From the NCBI GenBank assembly GCA_010015585.1, contig ML975155.1: a stretch of 64,000 nucleotides of DNA; one strand, written 5' to 3'. This document shows, in pieces, positions 12,588 to 24,910 of this stretch (within the stretch, counting starts at the first letter, position 1; each line of letters opens with the position of its first letter). The DNA is from Eremomyces bilateralis CBS 781.70 (taxonomy: Eukaryota). The notes below the pieces were generated by a model. That model saw only the letters and a list, made by a program, of their open reading frames with translations, searched no databases and was not told the origin of the DNA. Made by a program: the position numbers and the translations under genes.

Positions 12588-15017
12588 ATGACCGACGTGC
12601 AAAGAGTTCAACCTCCAAATTTCGGCCTCGTCATGAAAATGGAGGACCGCAAGAGACCCTCCGCCTCCGATCCCGATGATGCCGCGCCTCCTGCGAAACG
12701 GCCGGCGTTGGCTCTCAATGGTTCCAAGGGAGAGGCCACGTATGACAATGCCTGGGACTTCATGCAACAGACACTTCCGGTACGTCCAAGATTGTGCTAA
12801 CGCCACTTCGCCATTCCATCGGTTCGGATGGTATGCACGTTACGACCTGAAACGCTGACTGACATAGGAATTCCAAAAAGATGCCATTCTACGGCAGATG
12901 CGGGAATACAAGCGCGAGAAGTCCTACTTAGAGAATCAATTGACGGATCTGGAGAAACGATGCACATATCACGATGATCACCTGCGCATCATTAACGCGT
13001 GGTTCTCTCAGGTGCGTATCAGCAAGTTCAAACTGTATTGGCAGAATTCTAACGTTCACTAGATGATTGATGAACTGCGGGTCGTCGTGCAAAATGCCCC
13101 CGCTCCCGAGTCTCCAGGTTCGTGCCTATCCAGATCTACAACTGCGTTTCACGGCTTACAAATTTGGCAGAATCTTCGGCTTTCCTCTCATCCCTCATGT
13201 TCGCCGACAATGAGAAGTTCGAAGACCATCTCTCTTCTCGGTCCGCCGAGATCAAAACATTGGTCTCCGCGTTAATTGGGAAAATGCCTCCAGCTGCACC
13301 CGAGGTTCGAAGTGTTCAAGAACAATTAACGAAGACTCTTGCGGCAGAGAAGGCGCATATTATGGAGCTGCAAGGTCTGGTTTCGGACAAGGAGCAACTT
13401 GCTCAGCGATTGGAGAGTGCATCGTATCGATACATGGTCGCCGAAAAGAAGTTGGACCGAGCAAAGAGCGCAGTGGTTGCCAAGATGGAATCCATGGGTA
13501 TGCAGCCTGCGAAACCTACTGCCGATGACCCCAAAGGGACACCCGTTGACGAGGGAACGAATGGGATCCTTGAATCGAATGAGAACCTTGACATCGTCGA
13601 AACTGCCAAGAAAGAGGCCGAAGCCATTGCTGCAAAGAGAAAGGAACAGCTCGAGGAATTGGAAGTTGAGAACCGGAAATTGACCATCGATCTCACCACC
13701 ATCAACCACCGACTTACCTGCCTCTCTGATGAGGATTATGCAAAGACCGAATTGTTTAAAACATTGAAATCTCAGCATGAAGATGTCATTAAGCGCATCA
13801 ACAACCTGGAAGCTGTCAATGTCCAGCTGCGCGAAGAGGCACAACAACTACAAGCCGAAAGAACAAAGTACCGAATGCAAATCGATGAAGAGAGCAAGGT
13901 TGCTGTGAATGAGGCGGAAAGCCAACTGGCAAGAGCTGAAGCCGACCTCTCACGAATTCGAAACACGCGGGACGAGTTGGTATCGGAATTAGCTATTCAA
14001 AAAGCCAGTCTCGGCCAGCATAACCTCTCTGTTTCGGAATCAAAGGAGCTTGCAATGGCAAGTGAAAGCAGGGTCAAAGCTTTGGAATCCGAGGTTGAGC
14101 GGCTCAGGCTGCGTGTTGGGGAAATCACGGCGCAATCCGATTCGGCCATGGACCTTTCCGTTGAGGAACTCAAAGCGAAAGTTGCAACTCTCGAACGCGA
14201 GAATTCTCTGCTTAGCACCGAGGTGCCGTCGATGGAAGCCGCATGGAAGAAGGCTCAATCGATAGCCGCGAAGAAAGTCTCAGATCTTGCGCAGACCGAG
14301 AACGATATCGCGAAGCTTGCCGCGGAGAAAGTCAAAGCCGATCAGAAGTACTTCACTGCGATGAAAGCGAAAGAGGCTCGGGAAGCCGAGATCCGCAGCC
14401 TTCGGCTTCAGAACGCCAAAAGCTCGGAGATCGTGGCTCAACTCAAGGAAGCAGAGAGCACCAGCCGTTCGCTCATTGCAAACCTCGAAGGGCAAGCCAG
14501 CGCGACTAGAGAAGTTCTCAACACCATCTCGACGCAGGAACGTGCGCTGCAGCAGCAGATCACGGAGCAGACGCTCCTCATTGAATCGCTTAACGGTCAG
14601 ATTTCGACCTTGAAGCGAACCATTGAAACCAAGGATGTCGCAGCGCTGGATGCTGCCAAAGTCAAGAGACATCTCGAAGTCGAGCTCGAGCAAGCGAGAG
14701 TCCGGTTGAGCGACACCACGCGGTCTCTCGAAGACTGGAAGAAGAAAGCTCGCGGTGCGGAGAGCGAAGAAGAAGTAATGCTGAGGGTAAGTGGACATCC
14801 ACATCGTTCTGTTTTTCACCACTGACAAATCCGTTAGCGCATTGCATATTGCGCGGTGTGTTCGAGAAACCTAAAGGATACCTTGATCAAGCCTTGCGGG
14901 CACGTTCTGTGCAAAGATTGCGTGGAGGAGCGCATTTCGTCTCGTTCCAGGAAATGCCCGAAATGCATGAAGCCGTTCGGTCTGAACGACCACCAAAAGA
15001 TCATCTTGGACCATTAG
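12588..15017 (+). CDS. BRE1: E3 ubiquitin ligase Bre1 (coiled coil plus C-terminal RING, multi-exon)
   Basis: MEDRKRP start region, FQKDAILRQMREYKREK, KADQKYFTAMK, terminal RING CAVC...CGHVLCKDCVEERISSRSRKCPKC. The start could be 12588, 12633 or 12639. Confidence 0.92.
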
Positions 15018-17804
15018 ATTGGTATACGATTAACAAAACGAGGAAGTCCCTCGTTTCTCCGGTGCTCCGCGGGTTTCCCGGTAACGTTTATTGGACATTC
15101 GATGCCGTACAAACCACAGGATGTCCGATTCTCTGGCGATCCTGGTCGGACTAAGATGTCAGTGTAAAGTCGAGTTCCCCGGCAGGATACCTTTACTAGG
15201 GGCCGGTTTGTTGGCTTGGGATTGTGCTGAGGGTCTCGGAATCGGTGTGCGTTTGTGGAAGCGATGGAACAGTCGGTTCTCTCACTTGTCTTAGCGGAAG
15301 CGTGATTTGGCTTTCGTTAGCTTGTTTCGCGTGCTCGGTGCTGTCGATATTAGACATCCCGAAGGGTGCGATTGCGATAGTGACTTGGAATTTTGTACAG
15401 TAGAGGTGGTCAGCGTCGACGTGTCTGAGAACAGTGGAATACTCTGGCCAATGTCCATACTTTTCATGCGTGAGTACTATAATTAGTGTAGTCCAGACAG
15501 CAACGCCGCTCCCTTGCAATGCAACGATAGGAGACAGATGTAACCGTGGAAACTGGAAGGTCACTGCCTTCGGTAATGTTGAAACTCGTAAGGATGATGC
15601 ACGCAATTCGTTTGGCGGAATTCTGATATGGAGGAGAATCAAGATCAAACCCCAATCCCGGGTTAATAGTAACCTCTTAGGAAGTCCGCCAGCGAGTAAG
15701 AACCCTGCATCCAACCCAGGAGCCGTAATCGATAGAGCCGCCACATGACATGCTTCGGGAACGGGAATATGTTTGCATGCATCTTGACTCATGTTGATGC
15801 GTTGTCCCAGGCCCACGGTCAGCAGAAGTGCAAGGGAGCCAGGAATATTAGGACTGACCTGATTCGTACCGGACTTGTCAATAGCCAACATCAACTAGTA
15901 GTACAACATTAGTACATATTTATTCCGTACGTTCACTCAACTGCAGTCTCGTGAGATACGCGCCAAGCTACAACGGGAAATGTTCCGTGTCCGTTCCGCC
16001 AACGGGAAAGAGATCGATCATCGCTCCTGGGAATCAGGAATCTAGTGCCCCTGTCTCGGTGTGATCCGGACGGCAACTACGTCTGTTAGACAGTTCTCCG
16101 CCCATTGCCATTATGACGCAAGAACAGGATCTTCCACGTGCTATATCGGACAATGAAGAGGCGTTGTAATCCAACCCAAGGCTGGCTGACCCCTCCCTGA
16201 CTCTCCAAAACTTGGAGGTCGGAGGGGAGGGATCACATGGATGATCTGCGACTCTTGCGCTACCGTATCCGCTCGTTGCGCGAAGTCCCTTTTGGTCCCC
16301 AGGTGCAGGATTTGGTAGGGAATTGCCTGCGAGCCATGCATCGAGCAATTAGCCACGAGCAAGATAGTCGGTCACATGGACTAGTTACTACCTCATACCT
16401 TGGAGATTGTCCCGTTTTCCGCTGGTCTCCATTACTCGATAGCGCGGAATCCCTCGAAATGGCGAGATGGCACTGCGTGGACCCCTTCCCAAGGCCATGA
16501 TCTCGGGATAGATGTGAGGAAGGTAAGTATTCTGTTACGGCGGCCCTTGATCATATCAGGCCACTGGATTCTAATAAGGAACGTATTAGTTTTCATTGTT
16601 TCCATAACTTATGTCCGGCGAACTCTAACCAAGACGCTATAATGTCGTCAAGGAAAGTCAAAGAAACATTCAGCAATCAGCATCTCTTGATCGGGAGCCC
16701 TGGGAATAGGTAGGTATCCACAAAAGGATATCAACCCCCCTCAGTCCGGCGGTCTGGAGAATTGAGACAATAATAGCTTTCGTCATGCTGCCGCCGCCCG
16801 CCAGCGATGCGGCATCTGAGATGGTGCCGTTGGAGGATTCCCACGCTAGAGTTGTTTCCCTCCAATTGCCGTCGAAACCTCCACGGGCTAATTCAAGGTG
16901 GCAATGGAAGGGGCCGAACCGCATTGGACTGTGAGACAATGAGCACACAAACCACCATAGCAAATTACTCTGCAGACCCCGATTGACACCTTCAAGGGAT
17001 GAAAGACAGAGGGATACCAAGAATGGCGCGACTGAAGTGTATGAAAACAATACTACCATTGAGCCACAACCCGAGCGCCTGCTTCCGGATTGTAGAAGTG
17101 ACGGCTTGTTTCTAACGGAGCATGCTGACCGACATTTTCACCCGAACAGGGAGCTGAAGCGGAGCAGATGATGCTTGTTTAACGGCGGACCAATTGCAAC
17201 ACAGGTCCATGGCACAAATTCTATCATGATGGCGGGTCCGACCGTGGTATTCGACGTCGATTCGGAGTCGCACAATATTTCCTTTGTGAAACGTGACAGT
17301 CCCAACAGCATGGCACCCTCCCCTTGATGCCGTAACCGTTGCGTCTTCCGCTGCGAAGTTCATGCGGATGGTCTTGATGAAGTCTTTCATAGGTGGAAAG
17401 CGACCCATTCGTCCAGCCAGTTGGAGAAGAAAGCAAATATGAGAGAACCAGCAAGCCTAATCAGCCTGTTGCTCAACCCGAGTAGCATAAGTAGCATTGT
17501 TAAGACCTAAGACGGATTATGTAGGGGTACAAACGCTGGATTACAGTTATGGCATATGTAGCCTCGTGTCGCTGTCCGGAGTATCTGGTACACATATGTG
17601 CCCCAGGGTTTCGAAGGACCTGTACCCTTTGCTAACAGGGGTCTGACACGCCGAAAAAGACCTGAAGGCGGCAAATGTTAAGTCGCCGACTGACTTGGCG
17701 GCGTGGCCGGGAAAGCAGAGTACAAGTCATGCTGTGACTTGTGAGCCTTACAATTGTCTTCCTGCAATCTTCGTTCGCCCCTAGAGATACCGTTGACGGA
17801 CACC

Positions 17805-19233
17805 ATGCCAGACGTTCCAGGCGATGCTTTGGAGTTGGTGGAAATTCATGACCGATCTTTTCAGAAATGGTCGGTTGACCGTCGAGTTTATTGCGTACCC
17901 GTGGATGAGGTCAGTGTCCCCAGCCCCTGCGTTCCCGTGGCCGCCTCCGGGTGACACCGAAAACTCAAACCATCCTGACGGGTCTCCCAACAATATCTGT
18001 TCTCAGGGGCCGATGGGCATTTGAAATGCCAAATATGATGTTATGACTTAGATCTGACTCTAGACAGGTAGAAGAAGAGCGGTTGGGGACTCAACATGAT
18101 CTGGTTACCGCGCAGTTCGGTTCCCTGTACATTGCACCAGTCCCAAATCCGTCTCGAGTCCTTGACTGCGGATACGGTCAAGGGAATTGGGCTGTGCGCA
18201 TGGCAGAGTACTTCGAGGACAGTGAAGTGAGTTGAATATCGATTTCGCCACATCTCTTATCGCCGAATTGGTGGTTCCGTTTCGTAAAGGGCAGAGGGTC
18301 GCGAGTACCCCGAGCTTCTCCACGATCCAGCGACCGATTCTTCCAAAGATTCTGCCCCTTATTAGCGCAGCCTTGACGAACACGGATATGGACAGTGACT
18401 GATTGCATTAGGTGCATGGCATCGATATATACCCCATCTCCCTTCCAGACGAGCCGGAAAACCTTGAATTGTTTTGCGACGATCTCAATAGCCGCTTGAC
18501 CGAGACATACCAACAGAATTACTATGACCTCATCCACTCGCGATTTGTGCAGTCCGGGATCAAGACACGACGTTGGCCAACGTACGCGAAAGACCTTGCC
18601 AGACTGACCAGACGTGGTGGCTACGTACAAATGGCCGAGTGGTACCTAAATTTTCAGTCAGATAGTGGGCGGTTGACCGAAAGTCATGCCCTCACACAAT
18701 GGTATACACTGTATCAGGGGGCTTGCCAACAGATGAATAGAAATCCTCGGGTCGGCCGTGAGCTACGACGGTATCTCCAAGATGCTGGACTTCAGGATAT
18801 TCATGACTTCTGTTACCGAGTTCCTATAGGAGCATGGTCAGCAGGTAAGAAGGCCAATATTTTCTTTGTCAATATAGAACCATGACGTGCTTGGTCTGTA
18901 GACTCATCGCAGTGGCCAGATAGATCGTGCTGCGGTGCACACAGAAAGGAGAGTTAACTAACGTCGCTTCATTCACAGAACCTGCTCTGCAAGAAATCGG
19001 CCGACAGGCCCTTGAGAACTTCATCCCTTTGCTGGAATCTCATGCAATATACCCGTTCACCACTTGCCACGGTTGGACTGCGGAACAAGTCCAATGGTTA
19101 CGGCAACGGGCTGAACATGAAATGAATGATTTAACCTTGAAGATATATGTGCCATTGTAAGTGCTCTTGTTGGATGTCTCGGAACATTGCCTGACAGAAT
19201 CGTAGATATGTTGCTTGGGGGAGGAGACCGTAG
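17805..19233 (+). CDS. LaeA-like class I SAM methyltransferase (VipC/Llm-type), 5 exons
   Basis: Exons give YCVPVDE / VEEERL..QH..VLDCGYGQGNWAVRMAE / VHGIDIYP..DLIHSRFV..LTRRGGYVQMAEW / ..LKIYVPL / YVAWGRRP*. Introns at 17910-18067, 18227-18411, 18845-18978 and 19157-19205. Confidence 0.85.
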
Positions 19234-22165
19234 CAACCGGCAGTGGCGAAGGGGATTCCAGGAACACATGCTTGGGAACTCTGGACTACACCAAGCCGAA
19301 TACGTACTCCAAGCGAGGAGATAACAAGGAAGGATTCAGAGTTTGTTGGTGGAGTGCGGTATAACCTGGTCGTTGCAGTGCGAAGGATATGCTCGATACA
19401 TGAAGTGGACCAGGAGCTAATCGGCTGTATATCCTAGATGATAGAGCAGCCGCTTCGGTATTGTACCACACATCAGTGAGAATGCTGGTGTGTTCGGATG
19501 ATGTTCCTCAGTAGTGTCTTGCATTCTGCGAAGTGTAAGTGGACGAAAGGTGGATAGTTTCAGCTTTTCCTTTACCATAGCAAGATACCACATTCATGTT
19601 TCTCTCTGTTTGAATGCCACCCAGTCCGCGTATAATATACGCCGTGGGAAGTGATGGCCGTCGTTGTTCTCAACGAACTCACTGCGTTCTTCATTTCTGT
19701 CCACATGTGCTTCTTTCTAGGCGTAATGCCGTGTTGAATGGGGTCGATGTTTGCGAGGGGAGAGAATGGCAACTTGCTCAGTCGCGGAGGTCGTCTTTGT
19801 CACTGAACTGCCGCTTTAGGCTGCAAAAGCACTAGACCTCCTATACGGGAAGTAGCTATGCCATGACTACTCGAGTTCTCAACGAACATGATAGCGCCTG
19901 CCCACTGAATAACACCAATGGTCTTGCGGCAGGGAAATGGATTTTCGGTCACCGCAAGGGATCTAGAACGAGGGAGAAGTTCCGCCTTCAGGCAGCGTAC
20001 TTGGGGGACGAATCATTTCGCGTCATGATATCAAGGAATGCAGCTCAAATTCCATCGGAGAACCGTCGAAATTAGAGATGACAGTAAAGAGAAGGATTTA
20101 TGAAGATGGATGTATTCCAAGAAGCTGAAAGGAAACCAAATGGTCTGTCCACCCTGATTGAGACTCGGATCCAAACTGTCGGAAACACACCAGTTTTGGG
20201 CTGTAGTGGACGGCAATCCAGATTCCAGACCATGTCATAATCCATCCTGCTTCCATGGTACACGGCGACCCAATATTACTATGAATCCGGTACGCGGCGC
20301 GAGCCGTCTTTCCAATTGACGAAGGTTTTGGGCAGTTTTCTGTTCGGTAATATAGAGAGGACGAATCGCTGCCCAGTATGAACCGCCTCCCGTACCGTGG
20401 GAGTGGTTGGACGAGGGCAAGTCTTGGATTACGAATTTCGAAATCGGACCGATCATACTGGTAAGTAATCTGAAGTTTCAGGGGTATATTTATGGCCTGT
20501 CATTCCGGAAAGCCGCCGTCAAACAAGCTACGCCTCCATTGTCATCAACTCCCCGACTTAGTCTTTGCTCTGTGGCTTTGGAGTGGCGATTTGCGAAAAT
20601 CAGGCACTGTGACTCCTGTTAAGTGTTATGTGAATTGGCATAACTCACCTTGTCGTCGATCTCATCACTCATGTAAGTGCTCCATATGTAACCAGCCAAT
20701 TTTGTGGTCCAGCGCTGATTCAGACAGGATTTATACCCATTTCCCCGACTCTTCACTGCAATTGCCTTATGGAGGTCCACGCTGAGCACGGGATGGTATC
20801 CCGCCTCCCGAGGTCCAGAAGAAGGAAGCGGATCTACAGTACTCCGTATTGACAGGAACTCAGGGAGCTCAAGAAAGCCAAAGGACAAGCCATAACCCAT
20901 GACTGGGCACAATAATGTCACCACTCACCAGACACCGGTTCATCTGCTAGTCAGGCAGTTGTCAGCCCCTTTCCTGGATACGAGAACGGAAACACGTTGC
21001 AGAAGACTCAACGATGGTCGGAATGGTTGAGAATCACACACGAAAATGGGAGGCTTGAATTTAGTGTACCACTGTACCCGTCTATCATCTGAACAGTTCC
21101 CCCGTCGATTGAGGACACATACAAATGTAAATGTAAGCTGCTGACATCGGACATAAATATCGACAGGGCCAGGCATATCAGCTGGACGGACCAGTCTGCT
21201 ACCAGCTATCTAGTACCTTCAGGCTTCAAGGCCCCTGGGCACAGGGGATAGATCCACGGATGTCGGATGCGCCATCCATCATGGCTTTTACTGTTCACTC
21301 GGTAAGTTGTTACTATGTGCTTCTGGCTCCTTGAATCCTGTTCCATGATTCCATCTGATCATCCAGGGACCGGGGGGGAGCCATGGTGTCCACAGCCCAC
21401 TACTCCACCGGGCCCACCCCCATTTCCCCGGTTCCTTATTGGCGTTGAACCTAACCCATCAGCCGGCGCCCCGGGGCAGATGTGCCGCAAGTTCTCGTGC
21501 ATGAGATGGAGGGCACGTGAGGGGCTTGCATGGGTTTAACCACAAGCTTGATGACTTTATCAAACAACACGCCAATCCCAACAGGCAACACCTGAACACC
21601 ATGAGGCATGAGCACCGAGCAGACAGAAAGCGGGTAACCCGCCCTTGAAACGATCAAATGAGACCACCCATGTCCACTCCTCTCCTATGCGGCTATGCAT
21701 ACCCCTGTTTGAGGCCTGACGGACGTTGCAGCAAATGGAACCATTGCTGAAGATGTCAGGAATCTTTGTGAAGATGTCTTAATATCCACGACGGGGGAAA
21801 CTGCGGATGCGGCAGATTCCCAACGACCATGTCACCGTTCGGTGGCGCTCGCTCGCCAATAGAGAACCTTGCATATCTATGCTCATATTCCAATTTCTAG
21901 TCCAATCATGTTGTTTATAGAGCGAAAATATCCGCTCGAACGACACTAGCGGCATATCCTGCCGCCTCTGGGCGGTCCGCGTTCGACGAGCCGTCCGGGA
22001 CATGCAAGTTGTCCGCAATTTGGATCGGCCCGTGTACTTTTTCCTGCATGAAGAGAGAATTAGATTATTGGCCGCCTCACTCGCCTATCTTTTGCAGATC
22101 GAGGGACAATCCTTGCCTCCCTCGAGTCCTTGATGATCCTTCCAAGCTGCAGCGGCCCCTGTGCA

Positions 22166-24376
22166 TCATATCTGCTTGCACCATTTCTCAAGCGTCTTGT
22201 CCAGGCCATGTGCACTTCCAGCGATTTCCTCCAAGCTGGCATCAACCCGGACCATACATGTCGTACCTAATTCTCCACCAATCGGGACAGCCGACGCAGG
22301 AATCAGTAATGCGCGGTCGATGAGTTTCTCCCACTCGCCTCGAGCCACATCACGGCTCCAGACCCGTGCCCCGGCACCGGTAGCTATCGCTCCACTGGAT
22401 GAACTCTGGATACGTGCCTTTGCCGCCAGGGACACATATTCGTCGTAGGCCATATTGAAGTTACACGTGTCAGTATCAAGGATAATATCCAACCTCGCTG
22501 CACAGATGAGGAGGGCTAGCTGGAGCTCTGATAGCTGCCGTAGCGCACCAAGTTTTGAATCTGGGAAACTGAGGACGTCCGCAGAATGCAGCAAGAGATG
22601 CTCTTGCACAGCGGTTGTGGAGGAAAGGTCCTGGAGTGTGGTAATGGGGAGCAATAGTCCCGACCAGACTTCTTGGACCTTTTTCGTACGATAGAAGGTC
22701 GGATACACGTACGATGAGAGGAATGATTCATCTTCGAACAGTTCCTAGAGGAAGGTAAGCTTTATCTCTAACGAGAGCAATGTTTATGCTTACTGTTACG
22801 ATAGCATTCCATTCTGACAACGAGACCGCCCCTTGTTCGGTCTCTGAAATACCTGCTTTCGCCTGGAAGAGCATCTCAGCCTGATGCAGAAGAAGTCCGC
22901 TCTTGCATCGGTCTTTGAATTGAGTGAAGCTTGTTGCAGGGAAAACATGAACATATCGGTGGCTGAACCGGCTTTTAACGCGTTTCTCCAGACTTTCAAC
23001 AACATTTATCCTCGTAGTCAAGCCGAGAACTGCTATCGGCGCTTTCCGTGCTTGGGCGATGTCGAAAAGATTGTATAGGAGGGTCTGCCGTCCGTGTGAT
23101 GCAAACAACTCGAATTCATCGATGACGAATATGACGGATTTCGACACCTCGCCGGCATCCTGAGACGCTCCTTGGCTTTCCAAAAGCGCAAGCAGCTTGG
23201 CCAAGATATCGGAATAGCTTTTTCCAACGTCGTCATCCTCAATGCTCATTTCTCTTCCCAACTGCTTCCATATTTCTCGCAAAGCAATTTTATCATCGGT
23301 GTGTATGAATCCGTCAAGATGGACAACGAAGAAGCTGTCTCCATGGTCCTTCTGCAGACTCTTGATTGATTCGTGGACGATTGCAGATTTGCCACTACCA
23401 CGAGGCCCGGTTATCATCAAAGTGTTGCTTTCGCCCGCAGAGACCGTCTGCTCTAACAATTGGTACACCTTTCCATATGAATCTTCCAAGCCTATCAGTT
23501 TGGAGGTGTTTCTTTGTGTGACCTTTCCGACAACGGCATGGATCAACGCTGGCACATTGAATGAGATGCCTTTAGTGGCCAGTAAGCCATCCTTCACACG
23601 TTGGAGTTTAGGTAGCAGTTTGGTTGTAACAGTTTCGGTCGAAAGCGTAGATTTAGGCACACGTCGTAGCCCAGGAGAATAAGGACTAACTGCAAGATAG
23701 TTTTCGCTACCGTTTATACCATTGACGAGCGACTCAGCCTTTTGCCAGGTCCTAGGGGTTTTGCGCAATGAGGAGGGTTGGGGTTTGGTAATTGAACTCT
23801 GCAGGTGCACTCCATTTGACGTAGCAAGGTCATCAACGCCCACATTGTCTCCTTTCACCGGTGTTGCGGACTTTGATTCGCGGGCAGTTGGCTTGTCCTT
23901 GACCCTGTCCAAGGATTTGGCTGTTAGGGGGAGACCTGCGGGACCGTAAGCTATGAACTTCATTTACCCTCAAACGAATGCTTACGCCGTTTTGGAGTGA
24001 CCTGAGTTGCTTCTGAGGCTCTCAGCTTCGCAGACGGAGTTCGTATCCTCTTCCCAGACGCCACGGCAGCCGCGTTGCGTGAATGCCTCCGGTCTTCCTG
24101 TTCCCGTAGCCCCAGCTCATCTGAAATATCTGAATTCGGCCCACAAGATAGCTCCTGTTTTGAAGTCCGTTGTGACATAGTTCTCCTCGCGGAACCATTG
24201 GTGGTGTTTTGTTTGGCAGAGGAAGGCCTTCGCGATCGAGGGGTTGCAATGGGTAGATCCCCAAGTTCATCGGCATCGACATCTTCGTCCGTGATAGTCC
24301 GACGAGACTTGGTGGGTGTTGTAGGCTCCTCCTCTTCAAACCGCCGCTTCTTCGACGAGTGCGTAGTTCCGTTCAT
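22166..24376 (-). CDS. ORC4: Origin recognition complex subunit 4 (AAA+, multi-exon)
   Basis: GESNTLMITGPRGSGKS (Walker A), FVIDEFELFASHGRQTLLYNLFDIAQ, LEKRVKSRFSHR, C-terminal NFNMAYDEY. An alternative upstream in-frame ATG is at 24472. Confidence 0.94.
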
Positions 24377-24590
24377 CTCATCCCGTTTGTTTGACGACTG
24401 AATGGGAGACGAATCGATTGGAATGAAAGGTTGAATGGCTTTCTGTAATATCCCGAGGCTATGGTTCAACATGCCGAGAAATTCGAAACATGGTGGCTCT
24501 CAAATCAAGGACTCAGCAAAGTATGAACTGGGTCTGGACTCTGGATTCGAAGGTGCAACTAAACTTGGGCAGGGAGATAGGCAATTGCAG

Positions 24591-24625
24591 ACGCGCGAGC
24601 ACGTGATGCCGCGAATTCGACGCGT
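24591..24625. promoter_or_regulatory. MCB/SCB-like and E-box cluster in the ORC4-HRQ1 divergent promoter
   Basis: ACGCG (24591), CACGTG (24600), CGCGAA (24610) and ACGCGT (24620) within 35 bp. Confidence 0.55.
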
Positions 24626-24910
24626 ATTGACCCACTTATTTCTAACCTGCCATCAGATCAGATTTGTGTGATGATGAGGGACTTATGCTGAACTTCATCC
24701 TCAGGTCATCGCTTTCAATAGAGTCCCATCATACGGCGCTTCTTTGAAAGATCCCATATTTCAAGAACTGAAATGATGATTGCGGCTCGAGACGCCGATT
24801 GCCTGGCCATGCTTTCCTAAACTATCGCCTCCTCGGCTCTTTTTCATACATCAACTACTTCGGCGACGAGAGGAGAATTTGTGGAAGTGGTCGTGTTTCA
24901 CCAGAGAGAT

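Noticed and set aside
17224..17454. CWDCHVSQRKYC resembling a Zn2Cys6 cluster
   Set aside because: Wrong spacing (C-x7-C) and no second half of the cluster.
23921..23985. Three in-frame acceptors for ORC4 intron 1
   Set aside because: They lie in a disordered region and all keep the frame; no evidence of regulated use.
24668..24772. Possible C/D snoRNA (TGATGA ... CTGA ... CTGA) upstream of HRQ1
   Set aside because: No terminal stem and no rRNA-complementary guide that I could identify; needs snoscan/Infernal.
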